Positions 11,386-20,912 of a DNA stretch of 64,000 nucleotides are shown here, piece after piece. The stretch's first letter is position 1. Each line of letters opens with the position of its first letter. The stretch spans positions 96,001-160,000 of the forward strand of contig CAWGLD010000004.1 in assembly GCA_963823335.1 (NCBI GenBank). Direction: 5' to 3'. This DNA comes from an uncultured delta proteobacterium. Lineage in GTDB: Bacteria; Desulfobacterota; Desulfobacteria; Desulfobacterales; B30-G6. A program made the position numbers and the translations under genes. The notes below the pieces were generated by a model that made no database searches, had not been told where the DNA came from, and worked only from the letters and a program-made list of their open reading frames with translations.

Positions 11386-12290
11386 TACTTAATTCCCGTA
11401 ATATTGAAAATTTTTACAGGCTGGTATTTTCCTTTTGCATTAATAGGATTGAGTGCATCCATCGTAAATAACGCGTGGACTTCCTTGAGGGTATTTTCCG
11501 ATATGATGATCTGCCCAGCTTTTGCGGCGGAACAAATTCTTGAAGCTGTGTTTACCGTATCTCCAATAACAGAATAATTCATGGTTTGGGTTGAACCGAT
11601 ATAGCCGGCTACCAGACTCCCGGTGTTGATCCCGATGCCGATTTTGATTTCCTTCTGACCTCTTGCCCTCAAAGAAGTGTTGAAATTCACGAGTTCTCTT
11701 TGAATATCGATGGCTGCAAAGCATGCTCTGGCGGCATCGTCTTCATGGGTCACCGGGGCACCCCATATGACCATCATGGCATCACCGATAAACTTGTCGA
11801 CCGTGCCCTCATGCCGGAAGACGATATCCACGATTATTTCGTAGTGTTCGTTCAGTATTTGCAGTACTTCTGCAGCAGGGATATCTTCGCTCATGGCTGT
11901 AAAATCGCGTATATCGACAAACATCACGGTGGCTGTACGATTTTCGCCACCCTTTTCAACGGTCAGGCTGCCGGAAACAACCATCTCGGCCAGATCCGGA
12001 GAGAGTAAGCGCTGAAATCTCTCCCGGGTAGCTATCTCCTTGAGGCTCCGCTCTTCGGCTTTCTTTCTCTGATTGATGGTAAATTGCGCATGGGACCCGA
12101 AAATGACGAACAGGCAGATAACGATCAGACGCGGCCAGATATCATCAGCTCCGGCACCAAAAAGAATACTGCCGAAACTGTATCCGTATGACCCAAACAA
12201 CGACAGGATGGTATCCAGGATCCAGTATACGCCGGCGATACCCAAGCCGATCAGAACCATTTTATCTGTCAATCCGACGCGCATTTTCAT
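11385..12290 (-). CDS. Membrane-anchored class III adenylate/guanylate cyclase
   Basis: Two TM segments followed by VMFVDIRDFT, DKFIGDAMM and VIGDTVNTASRI. Confidence 0.9.
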   Translation of the reverse strand: MKMRVGLTDKMVLIGLGIAGVYWILDTILSLFGSYGYSFGSILFGAGADDIWPRLIVICLFVIFGSHAQFTINQRKKAEERSLKEIATRERFQRLLSPDLAEMVVSGSLTVEKGGENRTATVMFVDIRDFTAMSEDIPAAEVLQILNEHYEIIVDIVFRHEGTVDKFIGDAMMVIWGAPVTHEDDAARACFAAIDIQRELVNFNTSLRARGQKEIKIGIGINTGSLVAGYIGSTQTMNYSVIGDTVNTASRICSAAKAGQIIISENTLKEVHALFTMDALNPINAKGKYQPVKIFNITGIK

Positions 12291-12516
12291 GCTTTCTCCA
12301 AATTTCGTAAAATGAATTTTTCATTTAAAGCAGATCTTATTTCTTTTTTCAAGCATGTTGCACCTTCTGCTTGTATGTGTTTTATTTCTTGACAAATACA
12401 CCTATTTATGAGAAATATACTTTGTATATATTTATAGATAAAAGTTGTATATGTATATACCACCAAATGACAATTGCATATAAAGTCATAAAATATCTTC
12501 ACAACGGAGACCCCCC

Positions 12517-14400
12517 TTGGCCACGAAAGACGAAATTTCCTCCACAGAAAAGCTGCTGGGTCTGATTCGCCAAAAGGAAAACAGGGTGGAACCCCCCGCG
12601 GAACCGGAACCTTCAAAAAAAAAGCAGCAGCCGACGCAGCCGACAATGCTTTCAACTGTCGTTCCCATGAGAAAAAAAACCAGCGTCGGTATCGATATCG
12701 GCTACCATGAACTCAAACTGGCCATGGTCAACCAGATATCTGACAAGCGTTACGAATTGATCGACTTTATCAGTATCCCCTATGAAGACGATATCACATC
12801 CAGCAGTTCGAAGTTTCCTCAATTCTTACGCGATACCTTAAATGATTTCTGTGGCAAACATAGAAAAGCTGCTTTGTGGAATGCCATATCGTCAGCCAAA
12901 GTCGAAACCCGAAATCTCAAAATCCCCAAAGTCTCCAAAAAACAGATTGACAATGCAACGTATTGGACCTTGAAAAAAGATTTGTCTTTCAATGAAGACG
13001 AAATGGTTTTCGACTACGAAGTTCTCGGCGATGTCGTTGAGGACGGCATCAATAAAATTGAAGTAATGGCCTACATCGCTCCCCGGCAGGATATCACCCA
13101 GCAGAAAAATCTATTTGAAAAGATCGGTTTTCCCCTGACAGGTATCTCCATAGTTCCTTTTGCACTTCAGAATCTGTTTCGAACCGAGGTGGTTGACACC
13201 CTTGGAAAAGATATCTGCAGCCTGTTCATCGGAAGAGACTGGTCAAGAATCGTTATTTATTCCAACGGAAATCTCATCCTTTCAAGAGGTATCAAAGCCG
13301 GAATCCGTAGTATGATCGAAGCTGTTGCCCAAGAAATCAGCAAAAGCAAAATGGACATAGCCCAGCAATCGATTCAACCTTCCGAAAGCAGCATTTTCGG
13401 TATCGAAGAAGAGAGTTACATTCTGGACCTCGACGAAGCCCGGAAGATCTTCTTTGATCACATCACCAATGCTGAGCCGATTCGGCTTGAGGAAACCGGT
13501 CATGTCCTCAGAGAGCACGATGTATTCGGCATGATTCAACCGGCGCTGGAGCGTCTTGTCAAACAGGTTGAGAGAACCTTGTCACATTATTATCTCCACT
13601 TTAACAAAGAACGTGTAAGCAAGGTCTATGTGTCCGGCCAGATGAGTGTCTACGAACGACTGTTCGTATTCATGAAAGAACAGCTCGACATTCCCATCGA
13701 TACCATGAATCCCTTTTCGATGAAATTAAACTATTTGGGCATTGCCACCATACCCGAAACCCTGTCAGAGAAAGAAGCTTTTGCTCCAGCCATTGGCATG
13801 GCTCTTTCCAATAATTCCCTGACATCAAATTTCATCTACACCTATAAAGACAAGCAACGATACGATAACGCACGCAAGGTTAACAGGGGCATATTCGCCA
13901 GTATTCTTGTTTTTCTGGCCATATGTTTCGGGCTGTTTCTGTGGGGTAACAACCTGATCGATCAGAAAAAATTGCAACTGGCAAAACTTCAGACAGAGGT
14001 TGAAAGTTTCAAACCCCTGGTCAATAAAAACCTCATCATCAATCTGGCAACAAAAACCCAGAATAAGCGTAAGGCCATCAAACAACTCGGGGAAAAATAT
14101 AAGGGCATAGCAATAATAAGTGAGATATCATCCATTACCCCATCCGAAATAAGGTTGCTCAGCATATCAGCCAATATGGGTCAAAAAAAACAACAAGATG
14201 GTCAACCACCCAGGCAACAGCTTGAGATGGAGGGGGTCGTCCTTGGTGACCGTCTTACATTTGAATCAATTCTGGCCGGATATATCGTCAAGCTGAAGGA
14301 TTCGCCCATGTTTGGGACACCCAGCATTGAAAACAAGTCATTTAAATATCTCGACCACCAAGAAGTGTTGCTTTTTTCAGCTAAACTTGACCTGGTTTGA
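12517..14400 (+). CDS. Type IV pilus PilM-PilN-like fusion protein
   Basis: Actin-like start VGIDIG, late FAPAIGMAL..NF, then a TM helix, a coiled coil and a PilN-like domain; first gene of the pilus cluster. Confidence 0.75.
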   Translation: MATKDEISSTEKLLGLIRQKENRVEPPAEPEPSKKKQQPTQPTMLSTVVPMRKKTSVGIDIGYHELKLAMVNQISDKRYELIDFISIPYEDDITSSSSKFPQFLRDTLNDFCGKHRKAALWNAISSAKVETRNLKIPKVSKKQIDNATYWTLKKDLSFNEDEMVFDYEVLGDVVEDGINKIEVMAYIAPRQDITQQKNLFEKIGFPLTGISIVPFALQNLFRTEVVDTLGKDICSLFIGRDWSRIVIYSNGNLILSRGIKAGIRSMIEAVAQEISKSKMDIAQQSIQPSESSIFGIEEESYILDLDEARKIFFDHITNAEPIRLEETGHVLREHDVFGMIQPALERLVKQVERTLSHYYLHFNKERVSKVYVSGQMSVYERLFVFMKEQLDIPIDTMNPFSMKLNYLGIATIPETLSEKEAFAPAIGMALSNNSLTSNFIYTYKDKQRYDNARKVNRGIFASILVFLAICFGLFLWGNNLIDQKKLQLAKLQTEVESFKPLVNKNLIINLATKTQNKRKAIKQLGEKYKGIAIISEISSITPSEIRLLSISANMGQKKQQDGQPPRQQLEMEGVVLGDRLTFESILAGYIVKLKDSPMFGTPSIENKSFKYLDHQEVLLFSAKLDLV

Positions 14401-14409
14401 AACGGCCGT

Positions 14410-14985
14410 TTGGGCATGAAAGCAGGGTCGACAAACAAGATAATGGAAACATCAATGGCTATCAGTAAGCTGCCGACGAAAAATGTCATGGTCATCATTC
14501 TGTTCGGTGGGGGAATCATTTTTTTTGTGCTCCTGTCTATCTTTCCCAACTATATTGCCTACAGCAACATTGAAAATGAAATCAATATGCTGAAAAGCCA
14601 GATCGAAGAGCAGAAAATCCTTTCCCCTATTTTTTCAGATTTGTCTAAGAAGGCGAGCTTTCAAGATCCGGAAAGCCTTCCTTTTCCTAAAAAAGAAAAA
14701 TTATCTAAAAACGAGACCAGTAATATATCAGGCATCATTCAAGACATTATTCTGCTGAACGACTTTAAGCTCAACAGTATCTTAACCGATGTCGGTGGCT
14801 TGATGGATGGGTCTGGGATACTCAAAATAAATATTGAAATTTCTGGAGATTTCATGAATCTTCGGAACTTGATACTTCAACTCGGGACCCTGCCCTATCT
14901 TGAGCACATTGAAAACATACGTATAGACAACACTACTGACAGACAACTGATCCTGTTGAAGCTCTGGGTCGCTCAAGAGGCATAA
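14410..14985 (+). CDS. PilO-like pilus assembly protein
   Basis: N-terminal TM, coiled coil and INIEISGDF..L..L motif; positioned after pilM/N. Start uncertain. Confidence 0.65.
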   Translation: MGMKAGSTNKIMETSMAISKLPTKNVMVIILFGGGIIFFVLLSIFPNYIAYSNIENEINMLKSQIEEQKILSPIFSDLSKKASFQDPESLPFPKKEKLSKNETSNISGIIQDIILLNDFKLNSILTDVGGLMDGSGILKINIEISGDFMNLRNLILQLGTLPYLEHIENIRIDNTTDRQLILLKLWVAQEA

Positions 14986-15081
14986 AATTGTTTCATGCAT
15001 TTGTGAAAGGCAAACAGCTGCTGCTTGTATTTAAAACAAGATACTGTCTTCTTGACCCCTTGGATTTTCGGACCCTGAATT

Positions 15082-15603
15082 ATGGCGAATAGAGAAAAAA
15101 TTATTCTTCTGGTGATGATCATCGTTATCGCTTATGGCGGCTACACCTACTTTTCAAACCCCGGCGCCAAGACCATCATCGATAATTCGAAACAAAATCT
15201 TTCGGAATTGAAAGATTTCGTCATAGGTGCCGCTACAAATCTTTCCAATGAAACCATATCAGCCGCCGACAGATATATCATCGATCAGGCTGAAAAAGTA
15301 TGGCCACAGGATCCTTTCCTGCAGGTCGGGACACGTCTCACATCCGAACCGTTTAAAGCCAGTGCCGAGGTCACGGTTCAAACGGTTCAAATATCCTACA
15401 CAGGATTTCTACAGACATCCGATGCGCTCATCGCCATCATCAATGGGACCGAGTATGAAACCGGCGATCAACTGAAGGAGACAGGCTATTATGTTAAAAA
15501 GATATTGCCGGCCAAGATAGTCCTGGGGATTGAAAACAATCCCGACACCATTACCCTTCCATTGGATGAACCCGTTAACATGTCATTGGAAGAAAAGGAA
15601 TAA
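15082..15603 (+). CDS. PilP/GspC-like pilus assembly protein
   Basis: TM anchor, DPF motif and YTG..AIING..Y..GD; lies just before the secretin. Confidence 0.55.
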   Translation: MANREKIILLVMIIVIAYGGYTYFSNPGAKTIIDNSKQNLSELKDFVIGAATNLSNETISAADRYIIDQAEKVWPQDPFLQVGTRLTSEPFKASAEVTVQTVQISYTGFLQTSDALIAIINGTEYETGDQLKETGYYVKKILPAKIVLGIENNPDTITLPLDEPVNMSLEEKE

Positions 15604-15612
15604 GCGTTCAAA

Positions 15613-17196
15613 ATGAAAAGACAAATTACATATTCGTTTATCGTTCGATGGATGCTTTCTGTCATTTTCCTGATTTCTTTATTTTCCGGCTGTGCGCATA
15701 AACAGGAGGAAACAGAGGCTGATCAGTTTTTCAAACAATGGAAAACGACTGCTGAAAAATCCAAAGGCTTTTCTCCTCAGTCACGAAAACGCACCATCAA
15801 ACTGCCACCGCGTGTTCTGACCGTCCAAGAAGCTGAAAAAGAGAAATCAGACAAGGAAAAACCGCTTCCAACCAAGAAAATTACCATGCGTATGCATCAA
15901 ACCGATGTGAGCGTACTTCTGAGAGCTTTGACGCGCGCAGTCGGTATAAATCTGATTGTCAACGAAAACGTAAAAGGCACCGTCAACATCGATATCAAAG
16001 ATGCTTCCTGGGATCAGGTTTTTCTGAGTATCCTCAATACCCAGGGTCTCTCTTATGCCTGGGATGGGGACATCATTCGTATCGTGACCCCGGACGATAT
16101 AAACAGAAATCTGGAACGCCTGACAACCGATCAGAAAATCAAGGCCCAGGAAAAAGACATGGAACTGGTGGAACCACTGATTACCCAGGTCATTGAGGTT
16201 GAGTTTTCCGATGCCAACAAACTCAAAGAAAGTCTTTCCGTGTTCCTGTCAGGAAACAAGGAAGGTAAGCCCATCGGATCCGTCATGGTGGATGAACACA
16301 CCAATTCTCTTATCATTCAAGCTATTTATAGCGATCTCGAAAGAATGGTTCCGTTGATTGTGGAACTTGACAAACCGACGCCGCAAATACTGATTGAGGC
16401 ACATATTGTCCAGGCCACCAAAGATGCATCCATGGAACTCGGTATTCAGTGGGGCGGTCTCTATAACAACGGGGATGTCTGGGTCACACCGGGAGCGAAT
16501 TCGACCGGTGTTCTCGGTAACCCCCTCTCAAATGGGGGTATCAATCCCACCTCCGGCAACGTCGCCAATTCGGGCGGCATCATCAATCCATTTGAAGGAG
16601 CCACAGGTCTGACGCTTGGTTTTGCCCTCGAGGATATCGGTAACGGTATTCTGTCGGCCCAGCTGTCCGCGATGCAACGTGAAGGAAAGGTCAACATTCT
16701 TTCAAGCCCTTCCATTACAACACTTGACAACCAGAAGGCCATTATCGAAAGCGGGAAGGAAGTCCCCTATCAAACCGTAGAGAACGATGAAGTCAAAATT
16801 GAATACAAAAAGGCCGTACTGAGCCTTGAGGTAACCCCGCATGTCATCGGAGGCAATACCCTAAAACTCAATATCAATACCAGAAAGGACGAACTCGATT
16901 TTGTCAACTCCGTGGGAGGGAACCCCGCCATCAGGACCAAGAGTGCCGTCACCAATGTGCTTCTTTTCGATGGGCAGACCACCGTTATCGGTGGTCTGAG
17001 CGAGGAAAATTCCGACAATACAGACAAAGGGGTGCCGTGGCTCAAAGACATACCGATTTTAGGTTATCTCTTTGCGGGGAAAAGATCCATCGACAGCCTC
17101 GATGAGGTACTGATTTTTATTACGCCCCATATCCTGGGTGAGCAGTTTGTTGACGAAGTGGATGATTCGTCAGCTGAAAGCACGCCCGACTCCTGA
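15613..17196 (+). CDS. pilQ: Type IV pilus secretin (lipoprotein signal)
   Basis: LFSGC lipobox, DEHTNSLII, QILIEAHIV, ILSSPSITTLDNQKA, VPWLKDIPILGYLF and LIFITPHI. Confidence 0.9.
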   Translation: MKRQITYSFIVRWMLSVIFLISLFSGCAHKQEETEADQFFKQWKTTAEKSKGFSPQSRKRTIKLPPRVLTVQEAEKEKSDKEKPLPTKKITMRMHQTDVSVLLRALTRAVGINLIVNENVKGTVNIDIKDASWDQVFLSILNTQGLSYAWDGDIIRIVTPDDINRNLERLTTDQKIKAQEKDMELVEPLITQVIEVEFSDANKLKESLSVFLSGNKEGKPIGSVMVDEHTNSLIIQAIYSDLERMVPLIVELDKPTPQILIEAHIVQATKDASMELGIQWGGLYNNGDVWVTPGANSTGVLGNPLSNGGINPTSGNVANSGGIINPFEGATGLTLGFALEDIGNGILSAQLSAMQREGKVNILSSPSITTLDNQKAIIESGKEVPYQTVENDEVKIEYKKAVLSLEVTPHVIGGNTLKLNINTRKDELDFVNSVGGNPAIRTKSAVTNVLLFDGQTTVIGGLSEENSDNTDKGVPWLKDIPILGYLFAGKRSIDSLDEVLIFITPHILGEQFVDEVDDSSAESTPDS

Positions 17197-17203
17197 TAAG
17201 AAC

Positions 17204-18877
17204 ATGGACTACTTCAGTATTCTGAATTTAAATAAAGAACCTTTTTCCAATTCTCCGGACCCAGATTACTTTTTCAACTCCCAGCAGCATGTCAGCTGCC
17301 TACAGAAACTGGAATTGTCCTTGCGGCTCAGACGGGGGTTGAATGTGGTTATCGGGGAAGTCGGGACCGGGAAAACGACCCTCTGCCGCCAGCTTCTGCG
17401 ACGGTTTTCCGATGACAGTGAAATCGAGTCACATCTAATCCTAGATCCCCATTTCAGCACGCCCCATGAGTTTCTGCTGGCCGTGACGGAAATGCTCACC
17501 CATGAAAAACACGCCGAAAATATCGATGACTACAAACTGAAAGAACACATCAAAAACACCCTTTTCACCAAAGGCGTCGATGAAAACAAAACCGTTATTC
17601 TCATCATCGATGAAGGCCAGAAAATTCCGATCTTTTGTCTCGAATTACTGAGAGAGTTTCTCAATTTTGAAACAAACGATTATAAATTGCTTCAGATCGC
17701 AATTTTTGCCCAGAGAGAATTTGACAATACTCTCAAAAAACATGCCAATTTCGCTGACCGGATAAATCTCTACCACCTGCTGAAGCCGATGAATTTCAGC
17801 GATACACGCGCCATGATCCAGTATCGTCTGAACCAGTCGAGCGCTGCGGCAAAACGACTTGCCCTGTTCACCTACCCTGCCCTGTGGGCTATTTACCGAG
17901 CCACGAATGGCTATCCGCGTAAAATTGTCAACATCTGCCACCGCAGCATTCTGACGATGATCATTCAGAATAAAAGCAAAGCCAACTGGTTTTTGGTTCA
18001 ATCGTGCATACGAAGGGTCTTTTCTTCCGGGAAAAAACGATCATGGCAATTTGCAGCCATTCTCATTATTGTTCTCCTCGGTACCATCTTCACCATCCCT
18101 AGATGGCTTCCAAATCAGACCACAACACCCTTTTTAAAAGAAACCGAAGCTTCCAGAGAAACCGATACCGTGTCCATGAACCCCGGGCCGGCAGCCCCAC
18201 CCTTGACAAACGTTGGCTCGGATACCATCGTAACTTCCAATGCCAATGCGACTCCGCAAACAGATGTACCCGTCATGCCGGACACGTCAAACCTGTCAGG
18301 AGACGTCCCTGAAACCCCGGATAGAGCCCAGCTGCAGGCTTCTGTCACCAGCGTTTCAGATGTGACACCTCCTGAAATACACGAAGTCCCCGGAGTACTG
18401 GGACAAATTAAAGTCAAGCGGCATGAGACCCTCGGTGGACTCATCCAGACAATTTACGGGGCTTTCCACAAGACCCATCTCCAGTCTGTCCTCCGGATCA
18501 ACCCGCACATAAAAAACCCGGACACCATCAGCATAGGTGAAGTGATCCTTTTCCCGGCCATTGCTTCCCATGTGGAAGAGCCGCCATTGAAACGATGGTG
18601 GGTTCAAATTGCCCAGGAGGATACCCTGGAAGCCGTTTTCATGTTTTTACGCCAGCACACCACCGTCGCTCTTTCCGCACGTCTGGTCCCACATTGGAAC
18701 CGTTCTTCAGGACTTCAATTTTCAGTGCTTCTTAGCCAGCCTTTTTTTGATGAGGCTTCAGCTGTCAACAAGCTTGAACATCTTCTTTCAAGCAGCGGTA
18801 CAAAAGCAGGGATCGTTTCCGATTGGGACTCACACACTGTTTTTTATGCAAATCCTTATCAAAACACGAACACGTAA
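17204..18877 (+). CDS. ExeA/MshM-like AAA ATPase with TM and LysM/SPOR-like C-terminus
   Basis: PFSNSPDP, GEVGTGKT, LIIDEGQ and GYPRKIVNIC; LysM-like ETL..IYG..INPHIKNPDTI. Confidence 0.8.
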   Translation: MDYFSILNLNKEPFSNSPDPDYFFNSQQHVSCLQKLELSLRLRRGLNVVIGEVGTGKTTLCRQLLRRFSDDSEIESHLILDPHFSTPHEFLLAVTEMLTHEKHAENIDDYKLKEHIKNTLFTKGVDENKTVILIIDEGQKIPIFCLELLREFLNFETNDYKLLQIAIFAQREFDNTLKKHANFADRINLYHLLKPMNFSDTRAMIQYRLNQSSAAAKRLALFTYPALWAIYRATNGYPRKIVNICHRSILTMIIQNKSKANWFLVQSCIRRVFSSGKKRSWQFAAILIIVLLGTIFTIPRWLPNQTTTPFLKETEASRETDTVSMNPGPAAPPLTNVGSDTIVTSNANATPQTDVPVMPDTSNLSGDVPETPDRAQLQASVTSVSDVTPPEIHEVPGVLGQIKVKRHETLGGLIQTIYGAFHKTHLQSVLRINPHIKNPDTISIGEVILFPAIASHVEEPPLKRWWVQIAQEDTLEAVFMFLRQHTTVALSARLVPHWNRSSGLQFSVLLSQPFFDEASAVNKLEHLLSSSGTKAGIVSDWDSHTVFYANPYQNTNT

Positions 18878-18882
18878 AAGAA

Positions 18883-19162
18883 GGATTCAAGGATTCCAGG
18901 GGTCCAGGGTTCGAGTGAGATGAAGTGAGGCATCAGCTAAATGCTTAAAAATTGTAAAGAGTTAAAAGTTGTGGATTGGAAACACAGACGATGATATCCG
19001 GTGTTTTGGATTATATGAACAAGAAAAAGCTTCAGGGATTAAGAGAGGAGCTTGGGGATGTAGAGAGAATGCTAAAAGCGATGATCAAATCCCTGGAAAA
19101 CAAACACTTCAATCCTTGAATCCTGGACTCCTTGAACCCTTTCTCCCAACTTGTTGGGAGAA
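18883..19162 (+). mobile_element. Family B (octamer-arm) cassette B1 carrying a deleted four-helix-bundle gene
   Basis: Left arm GGATTCAAGGATTCCAGGGGTCCAGGGTTCGAGTG; right arm CACTTCAATCCTTGAATCCTGGACTCCTTGAACCCT followed by hairpin TTCTCCCAACTTGTTGGGAGAA. Confidence 0.8.
18941..19119 (+). pseudogene. Four-helix-bundle (23S-IVS-protein/S23-like) gene remnant
   Basis: MLKNCKELKV joined out of frame to LETQTMISGVLDYMNKKKLQGLREELGDVERMLKAMIKSLENKHFNP*; the middle of the gene is absent. Confidence 0.75.
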
Positions 19163-19193
19163 GAACTAAAGAATAAAACAAGCGAGATAAACT

Positions 19194-20906
19194 GTGAAAA
19201 CAAAAAAGAAGTTTGGAGAAATGCTCATGGAGGCCGGGTTGCTGAGCGAAGATCAGCTAAAACAGGCCATCATCGACCATAAACGAACGAACATGAAACT
19301 GGGACAGTATCTTGTTCGTGAGGGAATTGTCAGCGGATCTCAGGTGGTCGATATAATATCAAAACAGCTGAAAATAAAAAAATACAACCCTGACGACTAT
19401 CCCGTCGATATCGAGCTCTCCAAAGTAATACCCCTGGAACTTGCCCAGAAATTCCAGGCCGCGCCATTAAGAAAGAGCAAATTCCTCCTGACCCTCGCAA
19501 TGACCGATCCCATGGATATTACCGCACTCGATTCCATCGAAGTTTACACCAATACGGAAGTTGAAGCGGTTATCTCAACATACCAGGAGCTCAACCACTT
19601 GATCGGCAGCCTGTATGGCACCTACTCCGGCATCGATGGTGTTCTTGAAGGCATGCAGGATATGCAGATTGAAAGAGATGACGATGAAGACACGTCACGG
19701 GCGGCCATCGAAGATATCGAGGTCAGCTCCCTGCAGGACATGGCCGAAGAAGCGCCGGTTATACGTCTCGTCAACTCGATTCTTTCCCAGGCAGTCAGGG
19801 AGGGCGCCAGTGATGTCCATATCAGCCCGGAAAAAGATTATGTCCAGGTGAGGTTTCGGGTTGACGGCAAACTTCATGAACTGCCGGCGCCACCCAAGAC
19901 CATGATATTACTTATCATATCAAGACTGAAGATTCTCTCCAACATGGACATCTCGGTTTCGAGAATTCCCCAGGATGGACGTTTCACCATCAAAATGGAT
20001 GAAAAGGAAATCAACATCCGATCGTCCACCATCCCCACTATTTATGGGGAAAATATGGTCTTGCGACTTCTTGACACAAGCGGCGGGGTGCACTCTCTTG
20101 AAGAACTGGGAATGTCCATGGCTGATATTCGCAAACTTGAACCCATGATCCACAAACCCTATGGCATGATTTTGAGCACCGGACCCACGGGTAGCGGCAA
20201 GAGTACGACACTTTATTCAATCCTCAAAAGGATCAATCAGCCCGATATCAATATTATCACCATAGAAGACCCGGTTGAATACCGTATCAACAAGATCAGA
20301 CAGATCCAGCTCAACCGAAAAGCCGGGATGACTTTCGCAAGCGGACTGCGTTCCATCATGCGGCAGGATCCTGACGTCATCATGGTCGGCGAAATCCGGG
20401 ATCCTGAAACTGCCTCGATTGCCGTTCAGTCAGCTCTTACCGGCCACCGGGTGCTGAGCACGGTTCATACAAACGATGCCGCCGGTGCCATTACGCGCTT
20501 TATTGACATGGGCATCGAACCTTTTCTGGTTTCTTCGGTAATGCTTGTATCCATCGCACAACGCCTCGTCAGGAAAGTTTGCCCTTACTGTAAGAAACCC
20601 CACACCCCGCCGGCCTTGGCACTGGAATACTGGGGTCTCAACCACGCAGAAAATCCAAATTTCATGCAAGGCAATGGATGTTTTAACTGTATGGACAAAG
20701 GGTATAAGGGAAGAATCGGTGTATATGAAATCCTTATAATCGATGAAATGGTCCAGGATATGATTCTCAAAAGAAATTCATCTCAGGAAATAGCCCGTGC
20801 AGCTATTCAGGCAGGGACATTGAAAACACTCAGGGATGACGCCGCAAAAAAGATTCTCCAGGGTATTACGACCATTGAAGAAGCTGCATCAGCGGTGATC
20901 GTATAG
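19194..20906 (+). CDS. pilB: Type IV pilus assembly ATPase (PilB/GspE family)
   Basis: MshEN-like start KFGEMLMEAGLLSEDQL, ASDVHI, GPTGSGKS, EDPVE, MRQDPDVIMVGEIRD and a tetracysteine motif. Confidence 0.93.
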   Translation: MKTKKKFGEMLMEAGLLSEDQLKQAIIDHKRTNMKLGQYLVREGIVSGSQVVDIISKQLKIKKYNPDDYPVDIELSKVIPLELAQKFQAAPLRKSKFLLTLAMTDPMDITALDSIEVYTNTEVEAVISTYQELNHLIGSLYGTYSGIDGVLEGMQDMQIERDDDEDTSRAAIEDIEVSSLQDMAEEAPVIRLVNSILSQAVREGASDVHISPEKDYVQVRFRVDGKLHELPAPPKTMILLIISRLKILSNMDISVSRIPQDGRFTIKMDEKEINIRSSTIPTIYGENMVLRLLDTSGGVHSLEELGMSMADIRKLEPMIHKPYGMILSTGPTGSGKSTTLYSILKRINQPDINIITIEDPVEYRINKIRQIQLNRKAGMTFASGLRSIMRQDPDVIMVGEIRDPETASIAVQSALTGHRVLSTVHTNDAAGAITRFIDMGIEPFLVSSVMLVSIAQRLVRKVCPYCKKPHTPPALALEYWGLNHAENPNFMQGNGCFNCMDKGYKGRIGVYEILIIDEMVQDMILKRNSSQEIARAAIQAGTLKTLRDDAAKKILQGITTIEEAASAVIV

Positions 20907-20912
20907 AAACTA

